NCBI RefSeq assembly: GCF_006345805.1
Contig: NC_042998.1
Span: forward strand, 17,856,001 to 17,920,000
DNA length: 64,000 bases
Direction: 5' to 3'
DNA from: Octopus sinensis
Taxonomy: Eukaryota
Both the position numbers and the translations under genes were made by a program. Below the pieces are notes generated by a model, which saw nothing but the letters and a program-made list of their open reading frames with translations, was not told the origin of the DNA and did no database searches. Shown piece by piece: positions 38,596 to 52,924 of this stretch (its first letter is position 1; the number at the start of each line of letters is the position of its first letter).

Positions 38596-39579
38596 ATAAT
38601 ATATATATATATATATATTATATATATAATATATATATATATGTATACACCGTATATACCGTATGTACCGGCGTATAATATGAACTAGGTTGTATAAGAC
38701 GACCCCCAGGATTTCCATTTAAAAAGTGGGTTTGCGCTATACTTGCTGTATAAGTCTACCCCAAGATTTTGTGGAAAATAGCTAGAGCGCCGAAGCTTCG
38801 AGGTTCATAGCTAAAGGTGTCGGGTAATTTGTAGCTTCCCCCAGCGGCCTCTGGAACCTCTATTTTTCTTGTATTTCAATAACGTTTTAACTATGTTTCA
38901 CTCAATAAACTTTATGTGCAAATATTCTGCAGTCTTGGTTGTTTAAAATTTATCCACTTCTTCTCAAAAATTGGCCAAATATTGTAAATTTCCTACTATT
39001 ATACATATCAAACGTACCTGACTGGTGTAAACACAACCGTAGTGACGTCAAGTAGGCGTCGGTTATTTTGCAGGAATTAATTAGGTGTCAAGTATACCAT
39101 AATAACACCATTTACTTGAAATATATTACAGATTTAGTTACGGTGTGATTTAGTGTTGGGGGTGTCAGCATCATGATCGTAAGATTGTGGTTTCGATTCC
39201 TGGACCGGGCGACGCCTTGTGTTCTTGAGCAAAACACTTTATTTCACGTTGCTCCAGTCCACTCAGCTAGCAAAAATGAGTAACGCTGCGAATACATACG
39301 CCATAAAAACCAAGAAACCGGGACCATGAGCCTGGCTAGGCTTTAAAAGGGCGCATTTATATTTTTTATTATATAGTATTATGTTGTAATGTATTAGTAA
39401 TGTTGTTATATGTAGATTGCTAGATTTTTTTTAATTTGTAAATTTTGTCTTGCTTTACGAGACTTGGTCTTGAATCCAATGTATCCATTTTGACGCTGCT
39501 CACGGACAACGTCTGATACATGCTTCTCTAGAATCGGCCAGTATGGAGTGCCTCCTCTCATTGCACATCTTGTCCTAGG

Positions 39580-39843
39580 AATAATAAATAATAAATGTAC
39601 CTTTTTTAAAGCCTAGCCAGACTCATGGGTCCGGTTTCCCATTTTCTATGGCGTATGTGTTCACTAGCCGGACGGGACACCAGTCCATCGCAGCGTTACT
39701 CATTTTTGCCAGCTGAATGAACTGGAGCAACGTGAAATGAAGTGTTTCGCTCAAGAACACAACGCGTCGCTTCGTCCAGGAATCGAAACCACAATCTTAC
39801 GAGCATGATGCTGAGACTCTAACCACTAAGCCACGCGCATCCA
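39580..39843 (-). mobile_element. Family E-related SINE interrupting the pogo transposase; a related copy lies at 39140-39355 (+)
   Basis: 11-bp TSD CTTGTCCTAGG (39569-79, 39844-54). Confidence 0.88.
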
Positions 39844-40231
39844 CTTGTCCTAGGTATACTCATTAATAAGTTTTTCTTTAATCTCCAAACTCTTACCATC
39901 TTCTCGGTTACACTGTATTCTGTCGCAGTAGCAGAGTTGTCAGCATATGCTACCACTTTCAGCTTAAAGCCAACTTTATATTTCCTTCGTTTATCTTTTG
40001 GAGCCATGAGAGGTTTTACAATTGCTGGAAATTAATGTTCACCCTTTGAGAGTCCCGCTGCTAATGAAAGAGTGATAACTTGAGCCTTTTCAAGAAACCC
40101 TGTCTGTAAATGTTTATAAGTAACCGATAACTGTAAGATTTATTGTGATTGGTATGACTGACACAAACTGGCCGGTCACAGAAGGTACCGGTACACGCTC
40201 CTAATCTGCCGTAACATGTAGGTTAGTTACC

Positions 40232-40464
40232 TATTTCTTTACTGCCCACAAGGAGCTAAACACAGAGAGGACAAACAAGGACAGACAAACGGATTAAGTC
40301 GATTACATCGACCCCAGTGCGTAACTGGTACTTAATTTATCGACCTCGAAAGGATGAAAGGCAAAGTCGACCTCGGCGGAATTTGAACTCAGAACGTAAC
40401 GTCAGACGAAATACGGCTACGCATTTCGCCCGGCGTGCTAACGCTTCTGCCAGCTCGTCGCCTT
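40232..40464 (-). mobile_element. SINE family B inside pogo remnant
   Basis: 18-bp TSD ACATGTAGGTTAGTTACC (40214-31, 40465-82). Confidence 0.92.
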
Positions 40465-41670
40465 ACATGTAGGTTAGTTACCATAAACTACACTTGTCCT
40501 GAAAGCCTCCGGCTGACTGATCGCTGTATGAGAGGCGTTCTAAAGAGGCAGTGTAAATAGAAGGGACCCTGAGATCCGGGGTTGTTAATTGCTTACATTT
40601 TCTTCTCGTCAGCTGTTGCAAAAGGCGACTGGTGTCTGTCCGTTAAGTTTGCTGTGCTGTTATTTTAGTATAATCGTACTATTAATCAAGCTTCCCAAGC
40701 GTACGTGTAAGAATTAGTGGCACATACTGAATTGTAGGACCATAGACTCTATGTGAGTGTTTTACAGCGTTCTCCATCGATATGTGCAAGTATCAGTAGA
40801 AAATATTGCGCTGTAGAATAATAGGGTCTATGCGAGTGCTTTACACTGCTCTCCATTGACGGAAGCTATGGATTACATTTTATACGGGGTATATAAGACG
40901 ACCCCTACTTTTGGGAGGATTTTTAAAGTTCAAATTCCGTCCTATACACCAGTATATACAACTAACCTTCATGTTACGGCCTTTTAAGAGCGGGTACCGG
41001 TACCTTCTGTGACTGGCCAGTTCGTGTCAGTCAGACCAATCACAATAAATCTTACAGACCTTATAGACCGGTGTACAGGACGGGAATTGAACTTTAAAAT
41101 GAACAGGAACTAATCTTCTTTCCTTGTCCTTTTGCACCATATGGGCTCAACTCATTTCCTCTCTTCATCTGACACCAATCCACACGGATTCCCACACACC
41201 TCTCTCATTCAACCGCCCCGCCTCTACCTACACATCTGCATATCGTGTACTTCGGTGCACTCATCACACACGCACCACGATACAAACACCCTTGCACACT
41301 GTTCAACTCATCTCTCACTTCACACACCATTAAACACACACACCCACAACATCCACCCACATCTTCCCACAACACCTTATTCAACACACTCTAGTACCAA
41401 CCACTTCTCAGCACCCTCATCACATAACATTATCCACACACCTACACACAATCTTCAATAGCGTCAAAATACATACCACTATACGAGCAGCTACGCACAC
41501 TGTTTAACGCAGACCCCCCCCCTCATACACACTCCCTTACCCACACAAGCACATAATACCTAAACACAGGTAATATATGCTCCCACACCCACACAGGCAC
41601 ATAGTATCTGAACACAGACAATATGCACGCGCGCGCGGAGAGAGTGCGCTTACACTTGTGCACACACCGT

Positions 41671-41870
41671 TAAACGGAGTCTGGATAGATTCCTTCAAGG
41701 AGTACCACATAAGCCACCTATACTTGGATACAACTCACTCAACAAGGACTGACTACTTGAATGGATCATAAACAAAACTTGACTTAAAAAGGATTTAGAT
41801 AATCCTATCAGGTGATGCTATTAATTTAGACATGGCCTGGACCAATCTTTGGTCGAAACACATCTAAGTT
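41671..41870 (+). mobile_element. CR1/L2-like LINE 3' end
   Basis: SLDRFLQGVPHKPPILGYNSLNKD.LLEW C-terminal motif plus 3' stem-loop shared with 19393-19472. Confidence 0.55.
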
Positions 41871-41890
41871 TATATACATGCATACATACA

Positions 41891-41925
<35 letters not shown>

Positions 41926-42664
41926 ATATATATAATATATGGAGAGAGAAAGAGAGAGAGAGAGAGAAAGGTGTATTTTCCTATACACATCTCTCTCTGT
42001 CTTTCTCTATCTATCTATTTATATGTACATATATATATCATGTATATCACACACACACAAACACACATCTATGTATAAATCAATCAGTCTGTCTACTGCG
42101 AGAAGAGAGGAAGATAAGTTAGATAGACTGAGAACTGAAGAGAAGTTTCTTTTTTATTTCTGTTCAACTTTCAAAAACCATCTCGACAAATAAAATTCTT
42201 AACTCGATATGCAAATAAAAAAATTTAGTCTTCTAAGGGAAATAACTAATATATTTTCTTTATAAATTACGTCCCTTTGAAATCGTAGTTTGTTTGCGCA
42301 GGGTGAATGACAATTTCGTTCAGAACAGTGAACATCTCAGATGAGTTAGACTATACTTCTTCCCTGTTGCAAATTATATAAGTTCACATTTGGACTGATT
42401 GAAGTTCCAAACTGGGGGTGGAGACAATGACTAGTTTCGTCCTTATCCGACTGTTTACTTCGGTAAAATATAGTTTTTAGTTAAATCTTTTTTTCTTTTC
42501 AGCGAATGACAAAGTCATTATATACTTGCACGAAGGTGAACTGGTCGATAACTACAGCATCGAAAAATATACTTTGTGGTATTTGTTCCGGCTGTTTACG
42601 CTCTGAGTTCAAATCCAGTCTAAGTCAAATTCCCCTTTCGTCCCATTCGTCCTTTCGTGGTAGT

Positions 42665-43050
42665 GGAGGTGCAATGGCCCAGTGGTTAGGGCAGCGGACT
42701 CGCGGTCATAGGATCGCGGTTTCGATTCCCAGACCGGGCGTTGTGAGTGTTTATTGAGCGAAAACACCTAAAAGCTCCACGAGGCTCCGGCAGGGGATGG
42801 TGGTGATCCCTGCTGTACTCTTTCACCACAACTTTCTCTCACTCTTACTTCCTGTTTCTGTTGTACCTGTATTTCAAAAGGCCGGCCTTGTCACTCTCTG
42901 TGTCACGCTGAATATCCCCGAGAACTACGTTAAGAGTACACGTGTCTGTGGAGTGCTCAGCCACTTACACGTTAATTTCACGAGCAGGCTGTTCCGTTGA
43001 TTCGGATCAACCGGAAACCTCGTCGTCGTAACCGACGGAGTGCTTCCATC
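42665..43050 (+). mobile_element. SINE family C (GGAGGCGCAATGGCCCAGTGG tRNA-like head), full length
   Basis: A/B boxes; copies at 22640-22830 (+, truncated) and 34146-34531 (-). Confidence 0.88.
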
Positions 43051-43359
43051 CTTTCGTGGTCAATAAACAGTAATCATCTTAGTCCTGGGTGCAATGACAT
43101 CGAGTAATTCCCTCTGTTAATAAATAGTGGCTTCGTATCTAAATCTGAACAATTAAATTGTTGATACGTTATATTCTTGGGAGACGGTATCGCAACATAA
43201 ACACACACGCATCAACTTTGGTTGTACATGTTTATTAGACATTCTCCAGAGTTATCTCCCTTGCAATAAAGACTACCAAGTCTTCGCTTCCGAACTAAAT
43301 GGTTTTAGAGTCAGAATGTTGTACCTAATCAGTCGTCACTGTAAGAATGTTGTTTGATA

Positions 43360-44080
43360 CTTGAGTCGATGTAATCGACTTAATCCCTTTGTCTGTCCTT
43401 GTTTTCCCCCCTCTATGTTTATCCCCCTGTAGGCAATAAAAAAATAAGAAACGTTTGCACGCCGGGTAAAATGCTTAGCGGTATTTCGTCTGCCATTACG
43501 TTCTGCGTTCAAATTCCGCCGAGGTCGACTTTGCCTTTCATCCTTTCGAGGTCGGTTAAATAAGTACCAGTTACGCACTGGGGTCGATATAATCGACTTA
43601 ATCCGTTTGTCTGTCCTTGTTTGTCCCCTCTGTGTTTAACCCTTTGTGGGCAGTAAAGAAATAGGTATTTCGCCTGCCGCTAGGTTCTGAGTTCAAACTC
43701 CGCCGAGGTCGACTTTACCTTTCATCCTTTCGGGGTCGATAAATTAAGTACCAGTTACGCACTGGGGTCGATGTAATCGACTTAATCCGTTTGTCTGTCC
43801 GTGTTTGTCCGCTCTGTGTGTAGCCCTTTGTGGGCAGTAAAGAAATAGATATTTCGTCTGCTGTTACGTTCTGAGTTCAAATTCCGCCGAGGTCGACTTT
43901 GCCTTTCATCCTTTCGGGGTCGATAAATTAAGTACCAGTTACGCACTGGGGTCGATGTAATCGACTTAATCCGTTTGTCTGTCCGTGTTTGTCTCCTCTG
44001 TGTTTAGCCCCTTGTGGGCAGTAAAGAAATAGGTATTTCGTCTGCTGTTACGTTCTCAGTTCAAATTCCGCCGAGGTCGA
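43360..44080 (+). mobile_element. SINE family B tandem array (about 4 units)
   Basis: Repeated ~190-bp units with AAAGAAATAGGTATTTCG junction. Confidence 0.9.
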
Positions 44081-44282
44081 CATGATTATGTTATCATCTC
44101 AGCAGTTGGATTTGAACTCACAATGATGAAGAACAACATACAGCTTGACAGGTCCACCGCTCTTCTCGATGATGCATATTCCAAAAAATTCCCATTACAT
44201 TTTCTTTTCAACTTAACTCTTTCATCATTATCATATTATTAGTTTTCATTTTGGCTTTCCCAACATTGGAATTTCGATCTCA

Positions 44283-44677
44283 TCTTTATATATAAAAGTA
44301 AAGTTGTGTGTCTGTCTCCTACGATTTAGATTCCTAACTACTCCCACATTTTGCGGTGCAGTTTAACCAAAACCGGGTACCTTATAGTCGTGATTCATAT
44401 CGAGCCCTTCTGGGTATTAGCGCGCGTCTACGATGAGTCTACGATTAAAAAAAAAATTACCATAATTTTTTTCCATTTTAATGCATTTTTTCGCTATTAT
44501 ATAAGGGAAGTAACTCTCTAAAATGTCTACGATGAGTCAACGATTTAAAAAAAAATTACCATAATTTTTTTTCCATTTTTAATGCATTTTTTTGCAATTT
44601 TTTGGCTATAACTCTTTAAAAATGCTTATATAGTTTTTTCCCTTACAAACCCGAGCAACGCTGGGCGATACTGCTAG
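44283..44677 (+). mobile_element. Non-autonomous Helitron (same family as 4773-5167)
   Basis: A|TCTTTATATATAAAAG ... CCCGAGCAACGCTGGG-CGATACTG-CTAG|T. Confidence 0.85.
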
Positions 44678-45244
44678 TATATATATATATATATATATAA
44701 ATGTTTGTGTGCCCGAGTATATCTGCATGTATATATGTGTATGTATATACATACACATAGATGTGTGTGTCTGTGCGTTTAAATTTATCCTTTACTTGTT
44801 TCCATATATATATATATGGATATGTGTGTGTATAAGTATTAACCGGAAATTTGCATTTTTACTCTATCGTAACGAACGAAAACATAAAAACAGGAAGATC
44901 ATGAGAACGTGAAAGAAACCTCTGCATTTGGATGTTCAGTATATTCGTGTTAACGAAAACTAAAGGGAAGTAACTTAGAGGGCAAGGGAGGCAACCAGGA
45001 ATATGATTTAGTGACGCGTAAAATCCATAAGATTTTGAGGCATATTTCTGCTTTCAGGATGAAATATGCCCCTAAAAGCACCAGCAGGGATGTAATGAAG
45101 TTAATTCACACAACTACAGCGCCCAGTAACAACATTGTGACGTTCTGTGAAACAGTATTCCTGCTAGCATTTTTGGCATTTGTTTCATAAACAAACAATA
45201 GTTATTTCAGTAAAATTTGAAGGCATTGTAGTAGTGTTCTTTTA

Positions 45245-45763
45245 TTCTTTTACTTGTTTTAGTCATGTCATTTGACTGTGGCCATGCTGGAGCACCGCCT
45301 TTAGTCGAACAAATCGACCTCAGGACCTATTCTTTGTAAGCTTCGTCCTTTCGCTATCAGTCTTCTTTTGCCGAACCGCTAAGTTACGGCGGACGTAAAC
45401 ATACTAATATCGGTTGTCAAGCGATGGCAGGGAGAGAAACACAGACACAAATACATACATACATACATACATACATACATGCATACATACATACATACAT
45501 GCATACATACATACATACATACATACATGCATACATGCATACATATACTCTTTACTCTTTGCCCTTTTACTAGCTTCAGTCATTTGACTGCGGCCATGCT
45601 GGAGCACCGCCTTTAGTCGAGCAAACTGACCCCAAGACTTATTCTCTGTAAGCCTAGTACTTATTCTATCGGTCTCTTTTGCCGAACCGCTAAGTTCCGA
45701 GGATGTAAACACACCAGCATCGGTTTTCAAGCGATTTTGGGAGGGACAAACATAGACACACAG

Positions 45764-45850
<87 letters not shown>

Positions 45851-46015
45851 TACGACGGGCATCTTCCAGTTTCCATCTACCAAATCTACTCGCAAGGCTT
45901 TGGTCGTCCCAAGGTTGTAGTGGAAGACACTTGCCCAAGGTTCCACGCAGTGGGACTGAACCCGGAACCATGTGGTTGGTAAGCAAGCTACTTACCATAT
46001 AGACACTCCTGCGCC
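45245..46015 (-). mobile_element. SINE family A (full copy 45550-46015 plus extra tail 45245-45450)
   Basis: Match to other copies. Confidence 0.85.
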
Positions 46016-46529
46016 TGTATATAATAAAATTTTTCCCAAAATTTTCGTTGTGTCTTTTCAATGGTCGTTGACGCTGTCCATTATCAAAACTCTGATAACG
46101 GGCAGAGTCAACGACTATTGAATAGGTTGCAATACGCAAAGAAAATTTTAGGAAAAAACAATAAGTAAATGAGTGGACGTCGAACCGGTGAGTGTGTTAA
46201 ATAATAAGGCACTAAAATAGAATAGCTCTCCCCAGACACAATAATATATATATGTGTGTGTGTGTGTGTATGGCGCACAATGTGCTACGTAAGAAAACAC
46301 AATTCCGTCGATCACGAATGACCAAGGAAGCACCTTAGAGGTTCCTCTCAGGGATACAAGCCTGGGCGGAAAATCGCCTCACCAGAGAACGCACAACCTA
46401 GTATCAGAACGAAATTAATCGAAAATCCAGAAACGTATATAATTATTGGCCTTTTCAGTGATGCATTTCGGTGTTGCACTATTTAATCGAAATTATATTA
46501 TCCCCCCCCCCCAAAAAAAAAAGCAAAAG

Positions 46530-46705
46530 CTGACACACCTTGGGACCAGTGACGTGTCAACTCATTTCTACAGCTGAGTGAAACGGAGCAACATGAAATA
46601 AAGTGTCTTGCTCAAGAACACAACATGCAGCCCGGTTCGGGAATCTAACTCACAACCTCACGATCTTAAACCCAACTCTCTAACCACTGAGCCATGCGCC
46701 TTCAC
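46530..46705 (-). mobile_element. SINE family E head
   Basis: Reverse complement of family head. Confidence 0.75.
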
Positions 46706-46707
46706 AT

Positions 46708-46816
<109 letters not shown>

Positions 46817-46826
46817 GCTATATATG

Positions 46827-46857
<31 letters not shown>

Positions 46858-46865
46858 ATAAAGTT

Positions 46866-47045
46866 AATCCAAACAAGAAAGCACAAAAAAACACAACAAC
46901 GCGAGGACGTGGAACAAATATAGTATTATTGGACGCTCAGGAAAGAAGGAAAGAAGGAGGGTTTAACGTTTCGAGTGGAGCTCTTCGTCGGAAACATAGG
47001 AGAAGGAAAGATCCAGAGAAGGGAAGACAGAGAAAAAAATGGAAA
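46866..47045 (-). mobile_element. Second copy of the CCGACGA-core repeat
   Basis: GUUU-CCGACGA-AGAGC-UCC-ACUC-GAAACGUU-AAAC; helix I GUUU/AAAC. Confidence 0.6.
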
Positions 47046-47900
47046 AAATATATATATATATATATTGCTACACACACACACATATATATATATAGCTATA
47101 TATGTGTGTGTGTGTGTGTGTATATATATGTATATATATATATATATATAATATATATATATATATAATTATATATATATATATATATATACATTCATAT
47201 ATTTATATATATCCTAGGTAAGACTATAAGCTGCATCCCTCTGCCAAGAGTAGGCTCATGAAACGGGTATGATCTCAAGCCATTTTCTGATGGAGAGAAC
47301 ATACCGTCTTTGGCTTGCAGTGGACTGAGCATAGGCAATCCAATCCAATACAGACACGCGCGTGCACACACGCCCACACACAATTGAAATTTATAATCTA
47401 GTATGAAATTAACACCACACACACCAATTTAATTTATGCGTGCATGTTGATATAAATAATTTACGAATGAGAAATCGGCGGCTGGAATCTATTCATATCT
47501 GAAACCCAAAACATTTGTCACTTTCAAAATTATATTTAACACATGAGTAATATATGGAATTCATTGAAACTCATAAAGCTGTGTGACGCCAACAATTATT
47601 AATATAGGAATACGAAGAGGCTTATAGGATGTGAATCACATACTAGAATTCAACAAATTCATTTCGATTAAATACTGCATCACTGGGAAGACCAATAAAT
47701 ATATATGTTTCTGGATTTTCGATTAAATTTCGTTGTTATACTATTTATAGTTAATTTATCCCGGATGAACCTATTTGAGCAATAGCTTTGCAGCTTTGGC
47801 CATCTGTCTTAGAATGAATATCAAGTTGTGCAATTCTTGAATTTTTGAGGGTTTTTTTTTTCTTTTTTAGTTTGTCATTTGATGTTTGAGTAAGATACAG

Positions 47901-48790
47901 GGCGGCGAGCTGGCAGAAACGTTAGCACGCCGGGCGAAATACGTAGCGGTATTTCGTCTACCGCTACGTTCTGAGTTCAAATTCCGCCGAGGTCGACTTT
48001 GCCTTTCATCCTTTTCGGGGTCGATTAAATAAGTACCAGTTACGCACTGCGGTCGATGTAATCGACTTAATAACTATGTCTGTCCTTGTTTGTCCCCTCA
48101 GTGTTTAGCCCCTTGTGGGTAAAAAAGAAATAAGTATTTCGTCTGCCGCTATGTTCTGAGTTCAAATTCCGCCGAGGCCGACGTTGCCTTTCATCCTTTC
48201 GGGGTCGATAAATTAAGTACCAGTTACGCACTGGGTCGATGTAATTGACTTAATCCTCTTGTCTGTCCGCTCTATGTTTAGCCCCTTGTGGGCAATAAAG
48301 CAATAAGTATTGTAAGCACACCTGACAAAATACTTAGCGGCATTTCGTCTGTCTTTACATTCTGAGTTCAAATTCCGCCGAGGTCGACTTTGCCTTTCAT
48401 CCTTTCAGGGTCGATAAATTAAGTACCAGTTGTGTACTGGGGTCGATCTAATCGACTGGACTCCTTCCCCAAAATTTCGGGCCTTGTACCTAGAGTAGAA
48501 AAGAATATTATGAGTTCAAATTTAATCGAGGTCGATTTTACCTTTCATCCTTTTGGTGTCGATGAAAGTAAGTACCAGTTGTGTACTGGGGTCATTCCAA
48601 TCGACTGGCTCCCTTCCCCAAAATTTCCGGCCTTGTACCTAGAGTAGAAAAGAACATTATGAGTTCAAATTCCGCCGAGGTCGACTTTGCCTTCCATCCT
48701 TTTGGTGTCGATGAAAATAAGTACCAGTTGTGTACTGGGGGTTATTCCAATCGACATACTACTCTAAAATTGATGACCTTGTGCCAAAGT
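47901..48790 (+). mobile_element. SINE family B array: two standard units, then about three units with a different 3' tail
   Basis: Variant tail CCTTCCCCAAAATTT..GGCCTTGTACCTAGAGTAGAAAAG repeated at ~138-bp spacing. Confidence 0.85.
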
Positions 48791-49069
48791 TTGAAACTAA
48801 TATTTGAGTAACATATATCTGCAATAGCTGGTAGATCGAATGGTCGTGTCATGATGACTCTCACATGCTCCATATCCGTTGCTTTATCCTTTTGATTGGG
48901 CTGTTGTTTATTACAAATAATGATTACATCCGATGTCTCTATGCAGAGCACAGTCGCAATATCAATTAATACCCTCAATATCAAAGGCTTATTCTATATG
49001 AATAGGTTCTTAACTGTCTACACAGACATTCGCACACTTTTTATCTCTCTCACTCTCACTTGATAGATA

Positions 49070-49073
49070 GGTA

Positions 49074-49168
<95 letters not shown>

Positions 49169-49170
49169 AG

Positions 49171-49211
<41 letters not shown>

Positions 49212-49212
49212 A

Positions 49213-49253
<41 letters not shown>

Positions 49254-49310
49254 GTCTGTCTGTCTGTCTATCTACCTGTCTATCTATCAGTCTGTCTGTC
49301 TATCTGTCTG

Positions 49311-49386
<76 letters not shown>

Positions 49387-49547
49387 CATCCATCTCTATC
49401 TGTCTGTCTGTGTGTCTGTTCATTTATCTACATTTCTATCTGTCTACTTATCTGTCTATCTATCTAACTATCTATCAGTCTATCTATCTTTCTGTCTGTC
49501 TGTCTGTCTGTCTGTCTCTGTTTGTCTGTCTGTCTGTCTGTCTATCA
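49070..49547. repeat. (TCTA)n/(TCTG)n array
   Basis: Direct reading. Confidence 0.95.
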
Positions 49548-50420
49548 ATCTGCTTGTCCACCAGCTAAATGGAGGGCTAGGCATGCTGTGGTTGATGATG
49601 CACAGACATGCGCCGAGACCGCGACATCTCCGAAGCTTCATAGACGAAGGTGTACAGATGTCGTCGCCTTTTGGGCGGCGCGATTTCTCGCAGCTTGTCT
49701 CCTTGGTCGAACTACAGTCGTGGATCAAACAGAGACCGAGGCTAGGTGAATGGCACCGCGAGTGTCGCGTTGCTCTCAAGTAACTCTGCCTTCCGGGAGC
49801 AAACTTGTGCGACTTCATTACAACAAAGGTGCTCTATATATAGAGGATTAGTGGAGGGGAGATGCGACGACGTTTTCGGGCAGAATCTGGGCGTCGACGA
49901 GGAACACCTGACCCGTTTCATCAGGACAACTTTCGGGCCGGGACCTATGAACAATCACTAAAGATCCCTGGCCTGGCAGTGCTATCGAGAAACATTACCT
50001 CTTCGGGATAAACTCTACAGGCACGGTTCGAGACACACTGGACCGACTTGCCCGAGATGCGGTCAGAGCGGCGAAACTGTTCTGCACGTACTCGTTCAGT
50101 GTCCAACCATTTCGGACCTGTGGGCTTATGCGAACGGCTGCTGTCACGTGTGGGACGAGTCCGCCTGTCGGCCAACTCTATCTTGAAAGTTGCTCCGCCA
50201 CCTTCCCTCAACCGGAAAGGCAAAGCAGTCTTCATCATACTGATGGCCATGGTGAAAGAATGTGTGTGGTGGACTCGAGCGAAAGGATTAGAGACAAAAA
50301 CTTACCTCTCTGGCCAATCGCTCATCAACTTTTTCAAGTACCACTTGAAAAGGAAGGTGAGAATGGAGAGGCAGGTTTTGTCTCGCGAAAGTTTCAAAAA
50401 AAGATTGGTGAATCTCTCAT
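49548..50420 (+). pseudogene. 5'-truncated L1/Tx1-type LINE ORF2 3' end with CCHC finger, followed by (GA)n
   Basis: TFGPGPMNN, SLAWQCYR.TLPLRDKLYRHG, TCPRCGQSGETVLHVLVQCP, VWWTR..LINFFKYHLKRK; frameshifted. Confidence 0.85.
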
Positions 50421-50809
50421 AAAAGAGAGAGAAAGAGAGAGAGAGAGAGAGATAGAAAGAGAGAGAGACACAGAGAGAGAGGGAGAGAGAGAGGGCAGTT
50501 TGCTGTCATGCGTTTATTTTCTCCCTGCCTGAGGTTACCGTGGTCTTTTCAGTAGGCTTTTCTTTCCGCGGATAAACATAATCTTGTTTCTTACTTTTTA
50601 AAAATTTATTCAGTGATAAACGATCTCTTTTGAACGCTTTTTTTCCCCCGATCCCTTTTGATCGAAATTTTAAATTTGTTCCCCTTTTTTTCCCCTTTTT
50701 CTTTTTCATTTTCCAAAAGAAAAGCTCTACATTTGTATTTGTCCCCTCTCTGTTCAGCCCTGTGTGTCCAATAAAGAAAGAAAGTTATCCTACTATGTAC
50801 ACACATTTA

Positions 50810-50849
<40 letters not shown>

Positions 50850-51214
50850 TATAACTAGCATATATGTGTATACACACGTACGTATCCATAGAGCCCAGGC
50901 TTCCCAGTCGTATAATAAATTCTGATGAATTAACTGTACGCTTTTATAGTCCTGTCTCTTTAATTCTCAGTTAATTATTTTCTTGCAGACCTTCATTACA
51001 ACATAAACTTTTCCCAATATTTACTCTACTATTGGTCAGATTTTATAGCGCATTATATTTATAATAAATTCTGCAGCATAGTTTATTAGACAACCGAAAA
51101 TTAATTTTGCTTAGTAAGTGTTTCACAGTTACAGAGAGCAAATTAAATTGGTGTGCCTTTAAATATCGTAAGCTCTATACTCTACTTCGAATGGTTACCG
51201 AAGAATTGCTACTG

Positions 51215-51287
51215 TATGATATATAAGTATATATGAATATATAAAGAGCTTATGTATGCACATATATATATATATATGTATATAATA

Positions 51288-51321
<34 letters not shown>

Positions 51322-51888
51322 CATACATATATACACACATACGTATATGTATACATATATATACATACATACATACATACATACATTCATACATATATAT
51401 GTATGTATATGTATGTATACATATATGTATGTGTGTATATATGTATGTATATATATATATATATATACATACATATATACACACATACATATGTATGTAT
51501 GTATATGTATGTATACATATATGTATGTGTGTATATATGTATACATACATATATATATATACATACATACATATTTACATACATATACACATACATACAT
51601 ATTTATACATAAACACACACATATATATAAGTATTTACTTACATATTTATCTATCTATCTATCTATCCTATCTATCTATCTATCTATCTATGAATATATA
51701 TATATATATATACACACACACTTGCATATACATATATACATACACGCACGCACAAACATAGAGGCACATACATGTATATATAAACGAAATGAGCTAATGT
51801 TGATATAATTGCGTGTGTATATATTATATATATTCACATCAAATATCTACATACATGCATACATACATACATACATGCATACACACAC

Positions 51889-51919
<31 letters not shown>

Positions 51920-51929
51920 CATATTATAT

Positions 51930-51960
<31 letters not shown>

Positions 51961-52000
51961 GATATATATATATATATATATATAAATATATATTACCATC
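51215..52000. repeat. (AT)/(ATAC)/(ATCT)n compound array
   Basis: Direct reading. Confidence 0.92.
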
Positions 52001-52507
52001 ATCATAATCATCATCGCACCTGAGTATATCACCCAATTCTTTTTTTACTACCAATTCCGTTATTATCCATAATTATTCTCGATAGTGAACATAATAATGC
52101 TGAAAAATGTTTATTAACAAAATTGCATACTCGTACGAGGTAAGACAAAAATTTTATAAATCAAGAAATTGGCAAATAAATCTTAGATTAATTAATGCAA
52201 ACGTGATACAAAGTATCAGGAAAGCTACAAGAGGCACGATTTTATCCCTTGTGTTACGCCGATTCTTAATCAGTGCTTGGTATCGAACAGAGATAGTGAT
52301 AAACCACTAATCAATCGGTATGAGGCTATGAAGTAGGATAATATAGAAGATGGCTGGTTTCACTCAAGCGGAACGAAGTATGGCGATCGTGTTGTACAGA
52401 TTTCGAGGTGCATTCTAAAAGTTTTGAGACTCCTTTAGGCAAAGCATCAATATCTGTTCGATATTATTGTAATTTTAGTATTTCATTACTATATATCTAC
52501 GGTTGTG

Positions 52508-52810
52508 GAGGCACATAGCCAAGTGGGTACAGTAGCGACCTCGCGGCCGAGGGATCGCGGGTTCGAATCTCAGACCGGGCGTTGTATGTGTTTATGAGCG
52601 AAACAGTTAAGCTCCACGTGGTTCCGGCAGAATGTAATTGGGAACTTCTGCTGATTCTTTCACCATAGCTTTCTACACTCTTGCCTCCTGCATCTAGCAG
52701 CTCGCCTGTGACAGACTGGCGTCCCGTCCAGGTGGGGAACTATACACCAATGAAACCGGGAAACCGGCCTTTATGAGCCAGGCATTGCTCGAGAAGGAAC
52801 AAACAGCATA
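52508..52810 (+). mobile_element. SINE family D (family C-like head, GACTGGCGTCCCGTCCAGG segment resembling V-SINE core)
   Basis: Second copy at 54448-54750. Confidence 0.8.
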
Positions 52811-52924
52811 CATCTACGCTGGCCTGCCAACTTTTGATATTCCAGACTGAAGGAGACAGCTGCAAAAGCACTTTGTACAATCCCTAGGAAACACTGTTTG
52901 CCACAGCTGATCAGTTTGCAAAGT

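Larger units (their letters stand above)
38657..40959 (-). mobile_element. pogo-superfamily DNA transposon remnant (Brinker-like DBD + CENP-B-type HTH) with three nested SINEs
   Basis: TIR TA|CCGTATGTACCGGCGTATAA and degenerate right TIR; MAPKDKRRKYKVGFKLKVVAYAD..EYSVTEKMVRVWR (40007) continues as IPRTRCAMRGGTPYWPILEKHVSDVVREQRQNGY after removing SINE 39580-39843. Confidence 0.8.

Noticed and set aside
41124-41570. His/Thr-rich ORFs
   Set aside because: Degenerate CA-rich low-complexity DNA
45030-45078. Hairpin GGCATATTTC..GAAATATGCC
   Set aside because: Stem short enough to arise by chance in AT-rich DNA
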